The notes under the pieces are model-generated. The model saw only the letters and a program-made list of their open reading frames with translations. It had not been told where the DNA came from and ran no database searches. From assembly GCA_040772545.1 (NCBI GenBank), contig JAXGXY010000002.1, positions 166,521 through 230,520 on the forward strand: 64,000 bases of DNA, given 5' to 3'. Position 1 is the stretch's first letter. Each line of letters begins with the position of its first letter. Source of the stretch: Christensenellales bacterium. GTDB taxonomy: Bacteria; Bacillota; Clostridia; Christensenellales; UBA1431. The position numbers were made by a program, and so were the translations under genes. Shown in pieces: positions 58,963 through 64,000 of this stretch.

Positions 58963-60054
58963 GCTTTTTTCTTGGGTTGCATGCAGTTTTTTATTTCTAC
59001 GAGATTTTTTAGCCCTTTGTGCGTTGTATGTTTTTTTGCATTGAGGGTCTCCGCAATAGGTATGCCTGTTGTTTCTTCGGATAAACGCAGTGCCACATAT
59101 TGGACAAGTCGTGAGCGTCCCTTCATATTTATCTTTGCGTTGGCCTGCTTCTTCCGGAGGACCGAAATCCACTATCATTCGAGCAAGCGTATACCAAGCA
59201 ATGTCGAAAACGGAATGAACATCCGCAGCAAAGACAACGCTGTTGTTTTTCGGGTTAAGTTTTAATCGCATATGAAAATCCGGAATGATATCTATAAGAA
59301 CATTCCGCAGCTCTTCAAAATAATCGAACGGCTCACGAGCAAACGATGTTGGTGGCTCTTCTATATCGGGCTTCTTCCCCAATTTTGCGTATGCTTTCAT
59401 TATTTCTACGATATCGCCCAAAGCTTCAGTTTCCGGTACAGACTCCTGTTTTTCTGATTCCTCCCGTTTATACCGCTCAAAGAAAGGCAAGCCTTCGAAA
59501 AATTTGCCTTCTGTAGCCATGTTGAAAGCTTGGTCACTGTTACCGGCACATTCATCTTTCAGTGCAAAATAAAACTGCGCTGCCACATAAAACCTACCCA
59601 GGTCATGAATGAAGCCAGACACTCCGAACATGCCATCACGCTCAATCCAATAGCCGTTTTTTCCGGCGGTGATATCGACTTCGGTGAGGGTCGTGTACAG
59701 CGAGTCTATATCATACGGGTGTGCAATGGTTTTGCAAAACTGAATAATCAATTCATTGAACGGCTTCTTTTCGGAGAAGCTGTTTATTCTGCTGCCGAGG
59801 TTATAGAGCTCCTGAAACAATTCTTTACCGGACAGACCATTTTGTTTGTCAATATCAGGCTCCATACCTTTGTATACGATTGGCTTGAGATACTCTACGT
59901 CATTCGTATCGTACTCGAACTCGTAGTCTTTGAAACGAAAAGTATGATAAATTAGCTGACCAATGCCGCCCACATCTCCAAATCCAATTATATCTGAGGT
60001 ATTATCAGCCTTTGACTCTGTAAATAATCCCCATTCGTCGTATGGCATTTTCAT
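58954..60054 (-). CDS. Hypothetical regulator with a C-terminal CGNR-like zinc finger
   Basis: CPICGTAFIRRNNRHTYCGDPQCK..YNAQRAKKSRR; GGAGG before ATG 60054; divergent from the element's early operon. Confidence 0.65.
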   Translation of the reverse strand: MKMPYDEWGLFTESKADNTSDIIGFGDVGGIGQLIYHTFRFKDYEFEYDTNDVEYLKPIVYKGMEPDIDKQNGLSGKELFQELYNLGSRINSFSEKKPFNELIIQFCKTIAHPYDIDSLYTTLTEVDITAGKNGYWIERDGMFGVSGFIHDLGRFYVAAQFYFALKDECAGNSDQAFNMATEGKFFEGLPFFERYKREESEKQESVPETEALGDIVEIMKAYAKLGKKPDIEEPPTSFAREPFDYFEELRNVLIDIIPDFHMRLKLNPKNNSVVFAADVHSVFDIAWYTLARMIVDFGPPEEAGQRKDKYEGTLTTCPICGTAFIRRNNRHTYCGDPQCKKTYNAQRAKKSRRNKKLHATQEKSKK

Positions 60055-60062
60055 TTCCTCCA

Positions 60063-60117
60063 TCACATTTAGCGTCACATTTAGATGTTTGTTATATGTG
60101 ACATTGTATCGTACAAT
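60063..60117. promoter_or_regulatory. Divergent control region with repeated operator half-sites
   Basis: TCACATTTAG twice (60063, 60075), inverted ATGTGAC (60096), palindrome ATTGTA-TCG-TACAAT, TTGTTA-17-TACAAT. Confidence 0.6.
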
Positions 60118-60238
60118 ACAGTAGAAAACAAGAGCAAAGAATAAAATTGTTTTCAAACCAGCGGAAGTCAATCGGAGAGATTGTTCCTCGCAACGATAGG
60201 GGCAGTCTGCCCGGAGAGGAATAAAAGGAGGAAATGGC

Positions 60239-60394
60239 ATGAAAGACCGTAAAAAGCAGAGGGAGAACCGGAAGCTGAAGCACAAAGAGGAAATGATTGA
60301 TAAGCACAACAGCTTCGGCAACAAGGATTTGACCCCGTACAACGCAGTCCTTCAGATGAGAACGAAAGACAAAGCGGCCATCGCACTCAAGTAG
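60239..60394 (+). CDS. Small basic hypothetical protein (51 aa, missing from the ORF track)
   Basis: AAAGGAGG RBS; MKDRKKQRENRKLKHKEEMIDKHNSFGNKDLTPYNAVLQMRTKDKAAIALK. Confidence 0.6.
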   Translation: MKDRKKQRENRKLKHKEEMIDKHNSFGNKDLTPYNAVLQMRTKDKAAIALK

Positions 60395-60439
60395 TGCGGT
60401 GGCTGTTTGCAAAATACAGAATGGAAGGAGAGAAACTTT

Positions 60440-60646
60440 ATGGAAAAATCGACAATGAGCGTTCAGGAGCTTTCCATGCAGATGGGAATCAGCCTGCCGA
60501 AAGCGTATGAGCTTACAAAAACACCCGGCTTCCCTGCATTCCGTATCGGGACGAGGATTCTCATTCCGATAGAAGCCTTTCATAAATGGCTTCAGGAAAG
60601 CACGCTGTCTGCTCGTGACGGGAACGGAAGTGATTCGACGCAATGA
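60440..60646 (+). CDS. Excisionase-like HTH_17 protein
   Basis: TMSVQELSMQMGISLPKAYEL..GFPAFRIGTRILIP..F.KWL. Confidence 0.8.
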   Translation: MEKSTMSVQELSMQMGISLPKAYELTKTPGFPAFRIGTRILIPIEAFHKWLQESTLSARDGNGSDSTQ

Positions 60647-62913
60647 ACACCGCACCTACAGCCTTCTGCGCCAATTGCAGAGGCGATGAAAGCAACTGCC
60701 GATATCCGAATAAAATCGTTATCGATGGCATTAAAGCATTTCGAAGGCTGGTCTCATATGACCATGTGTTTACGGAATTCAAGGATAATTACCGCAGCAA
60801 TAAAAACTTTATCCGAGCATGGGGCTTGCCCGAAGATATCGACAACGACCACTCGGATAAGCCAGAGGATTGGATTTACCCGGCAGACATCGCCGCATTC
60901 TTCACCAATGTCCGGTATTTCATTCACTACAGCCGTCATCACATGAAGCAAAAAGACAGCAAATCTCCGAGGCCACGCTTCCATGTAGACTTCATTATAG
61001 ACGAAGAGGATGACTATGAGACCTTCGCAAATTTGAAAAAGCAGGTGTTCAGCGTTTTTCCGTTCTTTGATGACTAAGCGCAGGATGTGGCACGTTTCCT
61101 ATACGGCACCGAGAACCCGGAAGTCGAATATCACGATGGGGCGCTGACGCTGACGGCATTCATGAAGGAGTATGAAGCCGCAGCCGCCTTCGCCAACATG
61201 AATGAGGTAATCACCGAGGGGCACCGCAATTCCACGCTATCGAGGTTCGCTGGTCGAATCATTGTGAAATTAGATGACACCGAAGAAGCGCATGAGCGGT
61301 TTTTAGAGGAAGCCCAAAAGTGCGATGTGCCACTCCCGGACAATGAGCTTCGGAGCATTTGGAAAAGTGCACAGGGTTTTCTCAAGAAAATAAAGTCTAC
61401 CGGAACCTATGTGGTGCCCGGCGCGTACAGTGGCAAAAGCGGCAGTGAAATTAAATGGGAGGAACCGATACCCTTTGACGAATTTACGCTGCCACCGTTT
61501 CCAATAGAGGCGCTGCCGATAGTAGTGCGAGATTATGTTCTGGCCGTGTCCGAAAGCACGCAGACTCCCGTGGATATGTCGGCATCAGCCGCTCTGGGCG
61601 TGCTGTCCATCTGTACGCAGGGAAAATACCGTATCCGTGGCAAGCAGGACTGGGTGGAGCCGCTCAATCTCTACATTGTAATAATAGCGGAGCCGTCCGA
61701 ACGCAAATCCGCTGTAATCAGCTTTTCGACAAGACCTGTAAATGAATTCGAATCCGGCCACAACAAGCAAAACGCAGCGGTAATGGAAGCCAGCCGGATG
61801 AAAAAACGCATTTTGGAGCGGCGACAAAAAACGCTGGAGGAACAGATGGCAAAAGGCAAGGCCGAGAAAGCAGATCTTGACGCTATCGCCGCCGAAATCG
61901 CGGAGTTCAAGGAGAAAACACCGCTGCGGCTCTATGTGGACGATATTACCACGGAAAAGCTCACATCGGTCTTATCCGATGGCGGCGGTAAAGCGGCAAT
62001 CGTTTCTGCCGAAGGCGGCATCTTCGATATGCTCTCCGGCATGTACACAAAAACCGTAAACATTGATGTGCTGCTCAAAGGTCACTCCGGCGACAGTATC
62101 CGCGTCGACCGTATCGGCAGAAACAGCGAAAGCATTATGAATCCATCGCTGTCTGTGCTCTTGGCGGTTCAGCCCAATGTTCTCTCCGGCATGATGCAGA
62201 ACGGCACATTCCGCGGGCGCGGCCTCACCGCTCGATTCCTATACTGCATGCCGACTTCGTTTGTCGGAAGTCGTAAATACCGCACGGATTCAGTCTCGCA
62301 GGACATTTCAAGAGCCTATTCGACGCTCATATTTGACCTGCTGGATGAGGACAACAATCCCTCTACGGACTGCCCGGAGGAGATCACCCTGTCCCCGGAA
62401 GCGGACGCTCTGCTTGAGGATTTTGCCAATGAGCTGGAACCGAAGCTGCGCGATGAAATGTCGGACATCTCTGATTGGGCTGGAAAGCTCGTCGGTGCAG
62501 TGCTTCGCATCTCCGGTATTCTCTGCCGTGCAAACAGCACCGTGTGCAGCGTTTTTCTGGACGAGCCAACACCGCTGGTCGTTGACGCAGAAACCATGAA
62601 AAACGCCATCACCATCGGCAGGTACTACACCGAACATTCAAAAGCAGCATTCTGGCTCATGGGAGCAGACCCAATTGTCAAACAGTGCAAATATGTTTTA
62701 TCGGCAATCAAGAAGAATGGCCTCGTGGAGTTTACTCGACGAGACATCATGCGTATCTGCCGGGGCATTCGGACTGCCGAAGAAGTCCAGCCCGTGCTTG
62801 ACCGGCTTTCCGAATACGGCTATGTCGCGGCAAAACCAGTAAGTGGCTACACCGGCACCGGAAGACCGGCTGCACAGAGCTATCTCATCAATCCGGCAGT
62901 CCTGTCCAGCTAA
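60643..62913 (+). pseudogene. Primase (prim-pol-like + PriCT) - DUF3987/YfjI fusion with one in-frame TAA at 61075-61077
   Basis: Both track ORFs are in the same frame (FFDD*AQDVARFLYG). Motifs: DIDNDHSD, RPRFH, EGHRNSTL, AEPSERKS, DITTEKL and GRGLTARFL. Confidence 0.8.
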
Positions 62914-62956
62914 TCATGTACCCTCATAAAAATCATTATATAAAGGAGCAACTACC

Positions 62957-63295
62957 ATGAAGAAAACCGCAAAAAAACTCATGCCCATTCCTGAGGGCTA
63001 TGTCGTGTTGACCAAAGAATCCACTAGCGTGAAATCGCAGTGGATTGAACAGGAAAACACCCGCCATTTCCGTTTGGCAGAATACGCTGACGGCACCACC
63101 GCGCTCTATCGCGTTTACCCCGGCGGAGACCTCAACCATGACTATGAGAGCGTTTTAGTTCAGAAGCTGTACTGCCTGCACTGCGGAGAACCGCTGATCC
63201 CAGATTTGGGTTCAGTAACCGGCATCCCTGACCTGTACAACTATCACTGCACCGCTTGCGGACGGAGTATCGAAATCAGCAAGGAGGATTACTAA
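62957..63295 (+). CDS. Hypothetical protein with a C-terminal zinc ribbon
   Basis: AAAGGAG RBS; CLHC...CTAC. Confidence 0.6.
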   Translation: MKKTAKKLMPIPEGYVVLTKESTSVKSQWIEQENTRHFRLAEYADGTTALYRVYPGGDLNHDYESVLVQKLYCLHCGEPLIPDLGSVTGIPDLYNYHCTACGRSIEISKEDY

Positions 63296-63297
63296 TT

Positions 63298-63669
63298 ATG
63301 GACGAGCATGTACGCATAAAGCAGATTCTTCCCATCACGGAGGGCTTCGCTGTATTAACTCTTGGTGAAGATGAAAATGGTCACCACTGTTTTCATGATT
63401 CAGCGAAGGATGGATGGCATTACTTGTTTGCTCTGGTAGATGGCGGAAAAGACGCTGATGACTATGTTGCTGTCTATGAGATGGATGCCGCAGGCGATGG
63501 AGACATCGATGGGTGTGCATATCGCATTGTACCCAAACGCACATGTCCGAAATGCGGTCGCGATACGACGCCAAGCTGGGATGTTAACGACTCATGGTAT
63601 CCGACATACAATTGCTTTTGTGGCTATTCCTTCACACCGAGTCAGTTGAAAGAAGGTGAATCGAAATGA
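63298..63669 (+). CDS. Hypothetical protein with a C-terminal zinc ribbon
   Basis: AAGGAGG RBS; CPKC...CFC. Confidence 0.6.
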   Translation: MDEHVRIKQILPITEGFAVLTLGEDENGHHCFHDSAKDGWHYLFALVDGGKDADDYVAVYEMDAAGDGDIDGCAYRIVPKRTCPKCGRDTTPSWDVNDSWYPTYNCFCGYSFTPSQLKEGESK

Positions 63670-63986
63670 TGAAAAACGGAAAGCCGTACTCGAATGAGAA
63701 CGGTTATGTAGATGACGGGCTAATCACCAGTCACCCGCAAGAGGAAATCGATACGGTCATGAATTGGATTGCCGAGAGCATCACCCCACGCAAAACGCCG
63801 CTTGATGGTCACACCAGCTATGGCATTAAGCATCTGTTGCATCGTGACACAGGCATCTACCTTACCAATAACGAGTTCAAAGATGCCATGCTTCAAGCAG
63901 GCTACGAGCCCGTTGACCCCAATCAACTCAACTGGCATTACCGCATCAGCAAAAAGTCTAAGGCGTTTGCACTGAAGGTCTGGTAG
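63666..63986 (+). CDS. Mobile-element hypothetical protein (SYGxKH motif)
   Basis: TSYGIKH...YLTNNEFKDAM..AGY; overlaps the upstream stop. Confidence 0.65.
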   Translation: MMKNGKPYSNENGYVDDGLITSHPQEEIDTVMNWIAESITPRKTPLDGHTSYGIKHLLHRDTGIYLTNNEFKDAMLQAGYEPVDPNQLNWHYRISKKSKAFALKVW

Positions 63987-64000
63987 TCACTTTTGTCCTT

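Noticed and set aside
60055..60342. N-terminal extension of the 58954-60342 ORF
   Set aside because: It overlaps the divergent promoter and a + strand small gene. The RBS supports a start at 60054.

Overview
This window looks Firmicutes/Clostridia-like and has two compositionally distinct halves. From 1 to about 20 kb the sequence is GC-rich and + strand. It holds a surface-glycan locus (degenerate-LicD/DUF115 fusion, a complete legionaminic-acid-type pathway, an ACP/FabG/adenylation/GNAT-like/deacetylase acyl-tailoring module, and wecB-tagA-wecC), an Erm(Q)-like 23S rRNA methyltransferase with a consensus promoter, leader peptide and attenuator, an M20 hydrolase and an RHS remnant. From about 20 to 64 kb it is a lower-GC accessory island. 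This begins with an integrase remnant, a DUF2703 gene and a scrambled IS256 mosaic. Next is a ~33 kb minus-strand defence block: HTH, SNF2 helicase, N6A methyltransferase, Mrr-N-like protein, a giant DUF1998 helicase-nuclease, RelE-UvrD, AraC, PLD-ATPase, an intact IS256 inside a UvrD remnant, a DUF6361-PLD-helicase (Azaca-like) trio with a fourth coupled gene, Macro-HTH, a methyltransferase-like hypothetical, vWA, and a truncated AddB-like gene. The window ends with a four-gene prophage remnant and the regulation/replication module of an integrative element whose primase-DUF3987 gene has an in-frame stop. No rRNA, tRNA or CRISPR array was seen. All family assignments come from motif recognition by eye, not database searches.
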